Shown here: piece after piece, positions 40,551 to 49,809 of the stretch
Layout: every line of letters begins with the position of its first letter
How positions within the stretch are numbered: the first letter of the stretch is position 1
Assembly: GCA_030390025.1 (NCBI GenBank)
Contig: JASTWF010000341.1
Span: 186,001-248,000 of the forward strand
Origin: Squalus acanthias
Taxonomy: Eukaryota
Length of the DNA: 62,000 bases
Direction of reading: 5' to 3'
Notes under the pieces: model-generated
Told to the model about the DNA's origin: nothing
The model's database searches: none
The model's input: only the letters and a program-made list of their open reading frames with translations
Position numbers and translations under genes: made by a program

Positions 40551-40760
40551 CAGAAGGCTTGGCATGGAGGAGGTACTCAGGCTGACAGTGTGAGGGAGCT
40601 GAATTAATAAACTGCAGGGGAACTCATTAACCCTTTGTATCCTTTCAATTAAACTCCCTCAACACTGTCAGCGACAGGGACTCTTCCAACCCAGTTCCTC
40701 TAATTATGTCGTCATCAGAAACTAATGCCCAAAGAATTAATTTTTCTTTTAGAAAGGCAG
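40551..40760 (-). pseudogene. Pseudo-exon AFLKEKLILWALVSDDDIIRGTGLEESLSLTVLREFN*KDTKG**VPLQFINSAPSHCQPEYLLHAKPS
   Basis: tttatttcag acceptor, gtgaga donor, 210 nt, phase 1->1. Confidence 0.75.
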
Positions 40761-40914
40761 CTGAAATAAAAAACAAGTTAGGTTAATGATGATTCTTGAT
40801 AGCTTTGATTTTTCAGGAAGTAAAACAGATGGTGTGTATTTGGACATTTAATCTTAGGATGATGCAGTATGATTTTTCATCAAGAATAATAAGCATCATA
40901 ATATGGAATCTCAC

Positions 40915-41144
40915 CTAACACGGTGTGCACTATACATCCTACAGGGATACTGCTCATATGACTGCTATTGTAAATCGTCCCTAAACATCTCTGGTAATAA
41001 AGCATTGCACAGTTTTCTCTTCCGCCTTTCCTATGCTACTGTGTCATCCAATTTTGCAGGAAAAATAATTGTTTGGACCGACTGCCCATTGGAATGGGAA
41101 CCTAACTACATTTATAATCAGTCTTACAAACTCCAAGCAAGGAC
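40915..41144 (-). pseudogene. Pseudo-exon SLLGVCKTDYKCS*VPIPMGSRSKQLFFLQNWMTQ*HRKGGRENCAMLYYQRCLGTIYNSSHMSSIPVGCIVHTVL
   Basis: ttagcag acceptor, gtgaga donor, 230 nt, phase 2->1. Confidence 0.75.
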
Positions 41145-41355
41145 CTGCTAATAAACTCTTGGTGTTGGGGAAATTACTGTGGAATTACTTGAAGACTTGT
41201 AAAAGAAATGTGATTTTATTTTTATACCTATGACAGTAATACTAAATTAGTGGTGAAAATGCTATTAATGATACCATTTAAATTATTTAAAATGAGTGCT
41301 TTAGGGCAAATTATATTGCATGCAAGGCTCCACATTTTGTTTATGCAAAGCAAAC

Positions 41356-41479
41356 CAGAACTTTAGCAATCGCAAAGCAAATGTACAAATATAAATTAAA
41401 ATATCGACATCGCACTCCTGTCTGTTTGCACAGGGTTGCTGCAGATAATCTTTTATACATTAAATGTAGACTTTTCAAA
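41356..41479 (-). pseudogene. Pseudo-exon *KVYI*CIKDYLQQPCANRQECDVDILIYICTFALRLLKF(W)
   Basis: ctttaag acceptor, gtttgc donor, phase 1->2. Confidence 0.65.
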
Positions 41480-42107
41480 CTTAAAGTCAAGAAAACATTA
41501 ACCTGCTTTGACACAGTGAGCATTTTTATTGTTGGAGGTACGTGGATGTTGCCCTCTAATTCCCCTCACAGTCCTCCCCTGCTCTGGTCCCAACGGCCGA
41601 CACACCTTCTATAGCTGAGAAGACAGACAGGCTACCTGCTGCCAGGCCTTTGGTAATGCCGGTATTAAGCTGGCTGCAAGAATGCATGCCACATCAGCCT
41701 AGGGATGGCGCTCTCTCTCTCTCTGATTTATTTCCTCCCTTCTTCTGAAGAAGCTCCCAGTGCTTCTCCACACAGTGCAACTGAGATCAGACAGTGGGGG
41801 GATTGAAGCTCTATCCCATCATTCTATCGTACCATGGTGCTCCAACCTGCAATGCCATCTCTACAAATCAGTTTCTTGACAGCATAGTGGGTGTATCAGA
41901 AAAATCAGAATGATTTACTTGCCAGCACATTGGAGAAAATGTCAATAAAATATTTTGAAATTAAAAACAAGTTGTAAAAAAATGTAAAATAAATTATGAA
42001 TGTTTCAGGATTCGCACTGAGGCACAATAATAAACAGACCACCCTGGCACACAGTACTGTATAGACACACGCATTGATGACAGTAACTACAGATTTTGCT
42101 CAAGTAC

Positions 42108-42159
42108 TTTCTCTTCAATCACTTTTTGAATATTGGCCTATTTTGTTTGAGTTTAAAAT
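42108..42159 (-). pseudogene. Pseudo-exon ILNSNKIGQYSKSD*RE
   Basis: ctcattcag acceptor, gtactt donor, phase 0->1. Confidence 0.55.
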
Positions 42160-42220
42160 CTGAATGAGAAACTTGAATTTTTTTAAATCCTAATAATTAA
42201 ATCTGCATTCCCAGTCTGAC

Positions 42221-42596
42221 CTGAATGCAGATATTTATGAGACTTTTTGGAGCCAGAGTATCTGTTACGCATGTTACGAGTTTCATATGAATGAACTGGA
42301 CGTATTTGTTATTAAAATTGAGCCAATATTTCCCTCTACATCTCGATAATATTTTACTTTTATTAAAACCTACTTCTGTCAGTCAAGTTAACTATTTGAT
42401 TTATTGCACAAATTAGGTTCCCAGTAAATGGGCGTCCATGTGCAAGTGTGAGTAAGGCCTTTTTCAAATGATAGGTCACAATCTCCTGTTGTTAAATGGC
42501 GCGAATTACTTTCCTGGTATCTGGCTGCTGTGACTCCAGTGTACTGCTGGTGCAATAGTGCCCTCTGCTGTTTTAATTTTGCAACTACGCTGGCCA
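42221..42596 (-). pseudogene. Pseudo-exon VASVVAKLKQQRALL...WTPIYWEPNL.../KYWLNFNNKYVQFIHMKLVTCVTDTLAPKSLINICIQ
   Basis: cctgcag acceptor, gtcaga donor; overlaps ORF 42388..42597; 3 stops and a 1-nt deletion near 42330. Confidence 0.65.
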
Positions 42597-42814
42597 CTGC
42601 AGGTGACTTAAGAATGCAAAATGGCTGAGCCCAGGTCCCTCACTTAGCAAGACTTTACTCCAGTCTCAGCCTATGGGTGCCAAGGTGACAGGGTCTGTTA
42701 ATTACTGCCATTTGAGGATTTTTGAAAAAAATGTAATTGCTACATTAAGTTCTGACCAATGTGTTAGATGTATAAAAGCAGTGAACTAACAATTAAATGA
42801 GAATCATATATTGC

Positions 42815-43033
42815 CTTCATCTGAGATTTTTTATCCAAGTTCTTATGATTGTTGAAAAGTATCATCCAGGGAGGTCTGTTGACACCATCCTGTCATGTGG
42901 CTCTGTCGTAGCAATTGCAAAAAGATGGGCTTCAAAAGGACTTTATTCTTACATTTTGATGCTTAGCTCCATTTTCAATGTGTTTTTACAGTTTTAACCA
43001 TAGAAATAATCCATAGCTGTCAGAGGCACCAGT
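42815..43033 (-). pseudogene. Pseudo-exon with an inferred frameshift (...LKPIFLQLLRQSHMTGWCQQTSLDDTFQQS*ELG*KISDE)
   Basis: ggttcag acceptor, gcaata donor; a frameshift is needed to join the next exon. Confidence 0.5.
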
Positions 43034-43156
43034 CTGAACCAAACACTACTTTTATTTTGAGTAAAGTTATAGAGGAAGGAGCACATTGGTTAACAAGGCA
43101 TCATTCACCATCCACAGCTCAATGTTGGACCCAGTGAGATACAATGAATTACATAC

Positions 43157-43276
43157 CATTTGCTCCATCTCTCTCCAAGAGCTCTCCAGCACAGCCATTG
43201 GTCCAAACCACCAGTCACTCTCCTTTGCAGAACGTTTCCCTTGAAACCAGAATTGTCGCAACCACTCAAACTCCAC
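43157..43276 (-). pseudogene. Pseudo-exon [40 protein letters not shown]
   Basis: ttgatgcag acceptor, gtatgt donor, 120 nt, phase 0->0, stop-free and Trp-rich; lies inside ORF 43067..43345. Confidence 0.8.
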
Positions 43277-43460
43277 CTGCATCAAGAAAGCATAGTTCCA
43301 TTTCAAACAAGAGATCTCCAACCACATGGACACTAAAGGCTGCATTCTTTTAAATGAAGCTGAATATTACCCATCAACACTAAGCAAACTTGTCTAGTAC
43401 CATCAACATTAGTCTCAATAACCTGCACCTCAATGTTCTAAATAACAAGACCTTAATATT

Positions 43461-43648
43461 AAGAAAAAGCTGGAAATCTGAAATAATAAGGTACATCAGC
43501 ATCTGTAAAGAAAAAATACAGGTTAACATTCTGGGAGTAGACTCTTCAGGTAGTCTGACAAAGGGTCTATACTTGAAACATAAACCATTTTTTTTCATTT
43601 TCACAGATGCTGACAGACACGTGTGCATTTCCAGCACTTTCTGTTTTT
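43461..43648. mobile_element. Degenerate palindromic (fold-back) interspersed element of a type common in shark genomes
   Basis: Arms CAGCATCTGTAAAG...GGTTAACATT and AAACATAAACC...CACAGATGCTG...TTTCCAGCACTTTCTG are imperfect reverse complements; family recognised from memory. Confidence 0.6.
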
Positions 43649-43764
43649 AATTTAAAATCTTAAAACTGATATCACTAGAGCCAATCCTGTGGGTAAGTTA
43701 CCTACTATTTTTGGTTGTTTTGTTAGAAATCTTGCCAGTGTAGGTCACACTCCCATATTTTGTT

Positions 43765-43892
43765 AGGAAAGGGCATCAAAGGGTATGGATCAAAGGTGGG
43801 TAAATGTAGTTGAGGTACAGATCAGCCATGATCGGATTGAATGGTGGAATGGGCTCGAGGGGCTGAATGGTCGACTCCTTTTCCTATGTTCC
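43765..43892 (+). mobile_element. Short CR1 LINE 3'-end fragment
   Basis: ATCAAAGGGTATGG...GATCAGCCATGAT...GAATGGTGG...GGCTCGAGGGGCTGAATGG...CCTATGTT matches the 3' ends of the CR1 copies at 51.6 and 60.8 kb. Confidence 0.85.
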
Positions 43893-44456
43893 ATACTTGT
43901 TGTTATGGTTACAGTTTTATTAACAATGGCCCTCATGTGTTCCAATTAATGTCTGATTAAGACAACAAAAACAAATAAAATGTTCAGTTTTGGACAAGTG
44001 TTCCCTTGGTACAGTGTATAAGTCAGACCCAGTCCGTGCAAGGTCCACAAATAGATGTGAAAATGCAACATATACACTGTATTTTATGGTATTTTTTTCC
44101 CACTATATAAGAAAGAAATGTCATGGTTTTGCTAATTAGGTGCCTCTGGAATAAATTCAACATATCTCACAAATGATTTAATTTTGTCCATATGAGCATA
44201 TGGTTACGAGTTTAGAAAAGAAACTAAAATATACGACTGCAGTTTGTGTATGGAGATTCAAAATTCTAACAAATGGAGCAGTTTTTAATAATCATTCACA
44301 TATCGTCTTGCAGAACTGTTTAGGGAAAATCATAAAGCAAATACTAAAGATGTTTAGATTATAATTTTTGTGTGCTTTTAGCGAATGTTACGGGCATCAT
44401 CTCCTATGTGGTTTGAACAGAGAACATTAGCACAACCAAAATAAGTAGAAGTGGGA

Positions 44457-44555
44457 AATAAAAACAGAAAATGCTGGAGATACTCAGCAGGTCAGGCAGC
44501 ATCTGTTTTTCTGATGTTTTTCTGTTTTTATTTCAGATTTCCAGCATCTGCAGTA
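44457..44555. mobile_element. Internally deleted copy of the same palindromic element
   Basis: AAAACAGAAAATGCTGGAGATACTCAGCAGGTCAGGCAGCATCTG followed by TTTCTGTTTTTATTTCAGATTTCCAGCATCTGCAG. Confidence 0.65.
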
Positions 44556-44692
44556 TTTTCTTTTTGTATAAGTAGAAATGGGTTCTATTTTCTGAATAGC
44601 ATCAGAACTGAAAAACTTGGAAGTATGAAACTCTGTCTTGGAGCCACACTGTTCATCGCTGCATATTGTACACATATGGCGCCTGAATTTAC

Positions 44693-44779
44693 CACATATG
44701 CAGTCACTTTGTGCTGGATGTCCTGCGTTGTTTGAATGTGCATTAAGAATGGCTGCAAATAACGAAATGAAATGTGAAC
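44693..44779 (-). pseudogene. Pseudo-exon VHISFRYLQPFLMHIQTTQDIQHKVTAYV
   Basis: ttttctag acceptor, gtaaat donor, 87 nt, phase 0->0, stop-free. Confidence 0.7.
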
Positions 44780-45024
44780 CTAGAAAATTATATCTTCCTG
44801 TTATGCAGGTAACGATCACAAATGTATTTCACATTGCAAGGAACTCTCATTAACCAGTATTTTATTAACTCTTAGCGATCAAACGAACAACTTTGCTGGG
44901 AGAAAAACTGCCATGGGTTTTCTGTGGGTCACCCCAGATTTGCCTGTGAGAAAAAAGGAAAACATCAACAACTACTGTTTGTGCTTCAAGGAATTCGAAG
45001 AGGGGAGGAAGAAAATTTACAAAC

Positions 45025-45122
45025 CTGTATTTTCCTATTCAGCATTTGTATTTAACTTGGGGAATTACTGCCTCTTAAAATGTGAACTATATTGCCCTGT
45101 TTTGCCCCGGTTTCTCTGTAAC
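45025..45122 (-). pseudogene. Pseudo-exon YRETGAKQGNIVHILRGSNSPS*IQMLNRKIQ
   Basis: ttgcag acceptor, gtttgt donor, phase 1->0, compatible with both neighbours. Confidence 0.7.
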
Positions 45123-45373
45123 CTGCAATATAGTAAATACATGAGCTCCTTGTCACAGCGCAGCTGACACACTCATGCTCCGAGCTATAGTTGTCACATT
45201 AGCAGAAAGTAATCAGGATTTAAAGATCGATCAATGAGAGGCCAACACACAGTCTAACGTTGGCCTCCAGACCAGGAAACCCCAGTCTCTACTGACGTTT
45301 GCACCTGGGGATCTGCAGTCATCTGTTGGACGAAAGAGACAATGGCTCAGAGGTCCGATGCCTTGTCACTTAC

Positions 45374-45418
45374 TGCATCATGGAGATGTCTGCAAGCTCC
45401 ACAGTCTCATTCTTTTGA
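45374..45418 (-). pseudogene. Pseudo-exon (V)KRMRLWSLQTSP*C
   Basis: ctgtcag acceptor, gtaagt donor, phase 1->1; has a diverged inverted copy at ~46318-46370. Confidence 0.65.
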
Positions 45419-45496
45419 CTGACAGTGGAGAATAGGAGCTAATGGGGTCTTGGGAAAAAAAAAGAGAGGAATCAAAGACACAGAAGAGAACATAAC

Positions 45497-45587
45497 CAGA
45501 GCTCCAAACAATTCTAAATAATGGGATGTTATTGCACTGGGATGGGAATCTCGCTGGCAAACTACGGCCAGAATGCAAATTACAAAA
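45497..45587 (-). pseudogene. Pseudo-exon FCNLHSGRSLPARFPSQCNNIPLFRIVWSS
   Basis: ttttag acceptor, gttatg donor, phase 0->1; has a diverged inverted copy at ~46190-46255. Confidence 0.6.
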
Positions 45588-46065
45588 CTAAAATATTTAC
45601 TAGAATTTTCCTGTTTAACAGTGTTACGTTTGAACCCTGAATAAATACAGTGTCTCTTTAGCTTCACTATTGTAGCTTGTGATAAATAATTATCGGTTGG
45701 TTTTGGAAAAACAATGAAATTGAATCAATTGAATCTCTGAAAGCAAGACTGCTCAAGCAGCCTTCCCTGACCGAAACCCCAAAGAGATGATAAAAAAGAA
45801 CTCCTCCACAGCAGCTGCTGTGGTTTTACAATGTAAAATAGTATAGTGACGAAAAAGGGCTAACACATCCCGACATGCCCTCCCTCAAGTGAGATGGTTG
45901 AAAATAGCTACCTCTCTTCAACAAGAATGACCGTCACAAACAAACTCAGGATCCTATTGTTTTCAATGCAAGCCAATATTACTGTCATTCGCCCCCACTG
46001 TAACCTAGCTGCTCGAAAGTAATGAGCATCTGATTTAAATATACAAAATTAGCCTGCTCCAAGTC

Positions 46066-46178
46066 TGGGTGGCATTGTGAGTTAGCATAATATCCTTTCG
46101 CCTCTTTGGCCTGGGTTCAGATTCAGCCCTGATTGATGGGCTGAAAGTGTCCTCTTGGCTGGTTGTAAGATTCCTATC
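46066..46178 (+). mobile_element. Old tRNA-derived SINE head
   Basis: A-box-like TGGCATTGTGAGTTAG and B-box-like GGTTCAGATTC at tRNA-like spacing. Confidence 0.5.
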
Positions 46179-46189
46179 TGAAATTAGAT

Positions 46190-46376
46190 TTTTCCAGCAA
46201 GGTTCCAATTCCAATGCAGTAACATCCCATTATTTAGTATTTGTTTGGAACTCTGGTAATAATGATTTCTTCTATGTCTTAATGCCCCTCTTTTCCGACA
46301 GCCCCATTGGCCCTTAGTCAAGTGGAATAATGAGACTATGGTTCCCACAGACATCTCCACGCATGATGCGGTAAGT
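46190..46376 (+). pseudogene. Inverted, diverged copy of two exons of the minus-strand pseudogene (45374-45565)
   Basis: 46190-46256 is the reverse complement of 45496-45562 (AATAATGGGATGTTA core). 46318-46370 (ATGAGACTATGG...CAGACATCTCCA...TGATGC|GGTAAGT) matches exon 45374-45418. Confidence 0.75.
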
Positions 46377-46499
46377 GGTGACACATGGAACCTCTAAACC
46401 CTAGTCCCTTCCTCCCAGAGATTACTGGAGACACCAAATGTCAGCAGCATCTGGGGTGTCCTGACCTGGAGGTCAATGTTATACCTAACTTCTAGTGAG

Positions 46500-46695
46500 T
46501 GTGGGCCTACAGCATAGAACTGACAATTAGCTTAGCAATCTCAGAAGGATGGCTGGAAAAATGTCACACTGGTGTAGGATGGGATACATTTCTGAGGTTT
46601 TAGTTGAGATAAAATAAAGTGAGTTTTACTCTGTATGCTATACCAGACTTGAGAGTGATTTTGTCTACATTAGGTGTCTGCAATGGGAATCCCTT
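46500..46695 (+). mobile_element. Degenerate DeuSINE-like body/tail
   Basis: GAGTTTTACTCTGTATGCTATACCAGACTTGAGAGTG resembles the GAGCTTTACTCTG...GCTGTACCTG...GGGAGTG tract of Deu-type SINEs (from memory). Confidence 0.4.
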
Positions 46696-47087
46696 ATCTT
46701 AATAAGTACAACAATTCACCCCCCAAAAATTGCCTCTTCCAAGTGAATACTCTGTAAAACTCCATGTAAATCCAACAGGACCTGTCTTTTTACCTGTGAT
46801 CCACGCAGTTCTGAATATACATCGCAGTCAACAATCAATTGAGCTTTTCTACAGCCTATTGTAAACTCCAGATTTAATTGTGAATGAATTCCAAATGCAT
46901 TGCTATGTGGAATTGAAGTGCACAGTTAACAGCGTCAATGCATTTGCTCTACTGATTGGATTTCATTAAAGTCCTCCCAGTTTAAAATAAGCTGCAAATA
47001 TTTCCACAATGACCAGATGATCATGAATCTGACTCTAATGGCTGTGCTTGCAAATGGAAGCATCAGATGGGCAGTTTTACTTTGCCT

Positions 47088-47227
47088 GACAACAACAACT
47101 TGTATTTATATAGCGCCTTTAACGTAGTAAAACATCCCAAGGCGCTGCACAGGTGTATTTTAAGACAAAAAATTTGACACCGACCCACATAAGGATAAAT
47201 TAGGGCAGATGACCAAAAGCTTGGTTA
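47088..47227 (-). mobile_element. L2-type 3' tail (LINE or L2-dependent SINE)
   Basis: Reverse complement reads ...GCGCCTTGGGATGTTTTACTACGTTAAAGGCGCTATATAAATACAAGTTGTTGTTG. Confidence 0.8.
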
Positions 47228-47449
47228 CAGCACAGGTTACAAAAATTTACAGGTCCCTGCTCCAGGGCCCACCATATTTGACTGAGGACCTTCAGAAACC
47301 ATTTCCTTTGAGGCCTGCTGGACCCTTTATTCAGTTGCATTGTTAAAATTCCTTCGACTTTAAAATCATTATTGTGAAATGCATGACACTGCACTCAGAC
47401 ATAAAGAGTATTTAAATAGTTTGAGACATTACCCCTTCTGTGTTTCTAC

Positions 47450-47620
47450 CTGGGTCAGATTTCACTGCTCTTCCAACCACTGTGCTCCCATAATGAAAGC
47501 TGCAGTAAGGTATGAATAGAAATGATAGGTAATATCCCACAATGCTGCAATACCTTGTGTGCAGGATCCCTAGTCCACAGTTCAGCAAGCAGTTCCACTG
47601 GGTTTATAATCCATTGTTTA
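47450..47620 (-). pseudogene. Distant paralogous exon remnant KQWIINPVELLAELWTRDPAHK...LSLWEHSGWKSSEI*PR
   Basis: Inside ORF 47455..47649 with an ag|gtagaa donor at 47450; motif resembles QQW..N...RDK ITLQEPSGWSSSTIW at 48.2 kb. Confidence 0.45.
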
Positions 47621-47674
47621 AATAAAAATGAACAAATCAAAAGAACCAAAGATCACTGCATACGTTGCATAGTT

Positions 47675-48388
47675 AAACTGTTCCTGCAAACAGACTAATG
47701 CAGCTCTCAAGTATTAACAGATTTCAAACAGTTTGATATCTTACCTCAGAAATTCATTATTCTGTGCCAGATTGTGCTGCTGCTCCAACCACTGGGCTCC
47801 TGTAATGTTATTTATACCAGATTCTTTTTTAAAATGCACAATCTAGCAGAGTATTAAAGAACCACTGTTGTCAAGAGAGACATAGTGACATATGTAATTA
47901 TGCAATTAATCCAAATGAGTGGGACAGTAGTTGCCTACATTTTCTTTTAACAGAGCATTATCATTATGTTGGAGCAGAAATTGTGCCTGAAAATGGCTCT
48001 CACATTAGTTATTGGTGCAAGTTCATGCTGTATGAGACACTGCATATGACAGCAGAATTTTGTGATGCATTTTTACATTTGCTTAAAATGTATCGTGGTA
48101 GGCTGTGATTAGCGATACAGTATCATCTTGTCAGTATCAGCCTCATTGCAAACTCCTCTGTCTCCAAACCTGGTAAAGTGTGTCTCACAAGACAACAGTG
48201 GCGCTTTAATACTCGGCTAAATTTTGCATTCAAAAAAAGAATCCGGGATAAATAACATTACAGGAGCCCAGTGGTTGGAGCAGCAGTACAATCTGGCACA
48301 GAATAATGAATTTCTGAGGTAAGACATCAAACTGTTTGAAATCTGTTTATACTTGAGAGCTGCATTAGTCTGTTTGCAGGAACAGTTT
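47675..48388. repeat. Inverted repeat with ~208-bp arms (47675-47882 / 48181-48388) and a ~300-bp spacer
   Basis: Direct comparison: 3 mismatches over the outer ~140 bp and about 10 over the inner ~62 bp. Confidence 0.95.
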
Positions 48389-48732
48389 GGAAGCAGGAGC
48401 AGATTAACAACGCAGCTGCAAAAAATATGTGGTTGGCAGCAAGGCTAGCAGCCACTTGGTTGAAGATTACAGCAGAACGAGTTCTTTTACTTCAAGAATA
48501 TTGTTGGATTGGTGGAGCAGTTCAGCTGGACACATCCAGGGTATGGTCCAGTGTACCTTGTAAGGAATTATACACTCAGGGTCTGGTTCCAGGCCGTGGA
48601 GGCAGGCTGTTAACAGTGCAGAGACTGAAACCAAGTTGTATTAACGGAGTTTCCACTGTACCTGTGGATTATGTATACTTAGTTCCAGCTTTCCATTATT
48701 ATTTTCCCGAATACAAAAACAAATACAATTAA
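47954..48732 (+). pseudogene. Three-exon plus-strand cassette (47954-48097, ~48173-48318, 48380-48732) ending in a stop codon; unidentified protein C-terminus
   Basis: HYHYVGAEIVPENGSHISYWCKFMLYETLHMTAEFCDAFLHLLKMYR | GKVCLTRQQWRFNTRLNFAFKKRIRDK/ITLQEPSGWSSSTIWHRIMNF* | GTVWKQEQINNAAAKNMWLAARLAATW...FPEYKNKYN*. All junctions are phase 1, introns are 75 and 61 nt, and lesions are confined to the middle exon. Confidence 0.65.
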
Positions 48733-49809
48733 AATGCAACATAAAATGAAATTCTGAAATCAGACATGTTTTTGTGGTATAAATGATGTTGGTAATAATG
48801 GAAATTTAAGAAAGTAGACTTTTTACACCAGGCCTCTATGTGAACCACCTCTCACAATATGCTGAAAATAATTTAGCAGCAAAAGAGTAAATTGCACTGA
48901 ATTCCTGGTAGTGGTGAGCACACTTCAAAGTGAAACTAGCACTGATGGAGCATTGCTTTCACAATCTAACATTTTGTAAATGAGTGGGATATGTGCCATG
49001 GTCTCAAGATTACTGTAGTTGTTTTAGAAAAAGTTATTCACATAGACAACGGGCAAATAAGCATTAATATTATGGATCAATGGTATCTTTGTGCAGTAGG
49101 TTTAGTTAAATTTCATTATATGTTCAGTTTATTAGAAGATCTCAGGAATATACAGTATGCCGAAGGGTACACCTGCTGGATATTGCAATAACTGCACTGT
49201 CAATGGAGGTTTGCAATATTAAAAATACATGTTGGAGGAAGGTCAGAGAAAGTATAATGGTGTACAGTCGTGCAGTGCATGTGTGCACCAACAAGATGCA
49301 TCAAGCCAAAGGTTAGCATCTGCAGTTCACTGCCAACTGACGTCCCAATCTCAACAATGCCTCAAGTACCAAGAGGATGCCCAGCACTTCCCCCCACAGG
49401 GAGGGAGGGGATCCAGATGATAAATGACACCAGGAGTCTCAGGTACCTCCTACTAGACAATTCAAGAGTGCTACTGACAGCAGGTTGAGAGAGGGGTAGG
49501 ACTAACCCCCAAGCAGTCAGCTGCTGGAGTTGAGGGAAGAAAATAAAAACCAAATAGGGTGAAAAATATTATTTGTATATAATGATACTATTTGGATAAT
49601 TGTGAAAATATAGAGTGCATTTTCAAATCTTGGCTGGGATCTTCCACCCTCCCTCCACTGATTTCTAGGCAGAACTGGGGTAGATGGGACAAAAAATTGA
49701 ATGGGAACATGCTTCACCACCTCGCTGCCCACTGGATTTCCCATTCGTGACATTCAATACGCTTGCCCATATATGGAGGGATGTATTTCAATAAAGGAGG
49801 TCCAAGAAA

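Larger units (their letters stand above)
35926..45587 (-). pseudogene. Decayed multi-exon gene (~23 exons, ~1,250 codons visible) encoding an unidentified large protein; its 3' part runs into the satellite
   Basis: Hand splicing gives mostly phase-compatible consecutive exons bounded by AG/GT or single-base-mutated sites. The peptide is protein-like (e.g. [56 protein letters not shown]). There are >30 in-frame stops, mostly explicable as C>T in CAA/CAG/CGA, and about 3 frameshifts. Confidence 0.85.

Noticed and set aside
40903..45167. Short plus-strand ORFs (e.g. 40903, 41381, 42797, 43144, 43390, 44451, 44638, 44913)
   Set aside because: They are antisense shadows of the minus-strand pseudo-exons or lie in repeats, with no motifs.
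45600..46010. Further upstream exons of the minus-strand pseudogene (e.g. LQWGRMTVILACIENNRILSLFVTVILVEE near 45.9-46.0 kb)
   Set aside because: Plausible splice sites, but frame and linkage to the 45497-45587 exon are ambiguous.
48991..49760. Cluster of 60-80 aa ORFs
   Set aside because: No recognisable motifs or consistent splice chain.
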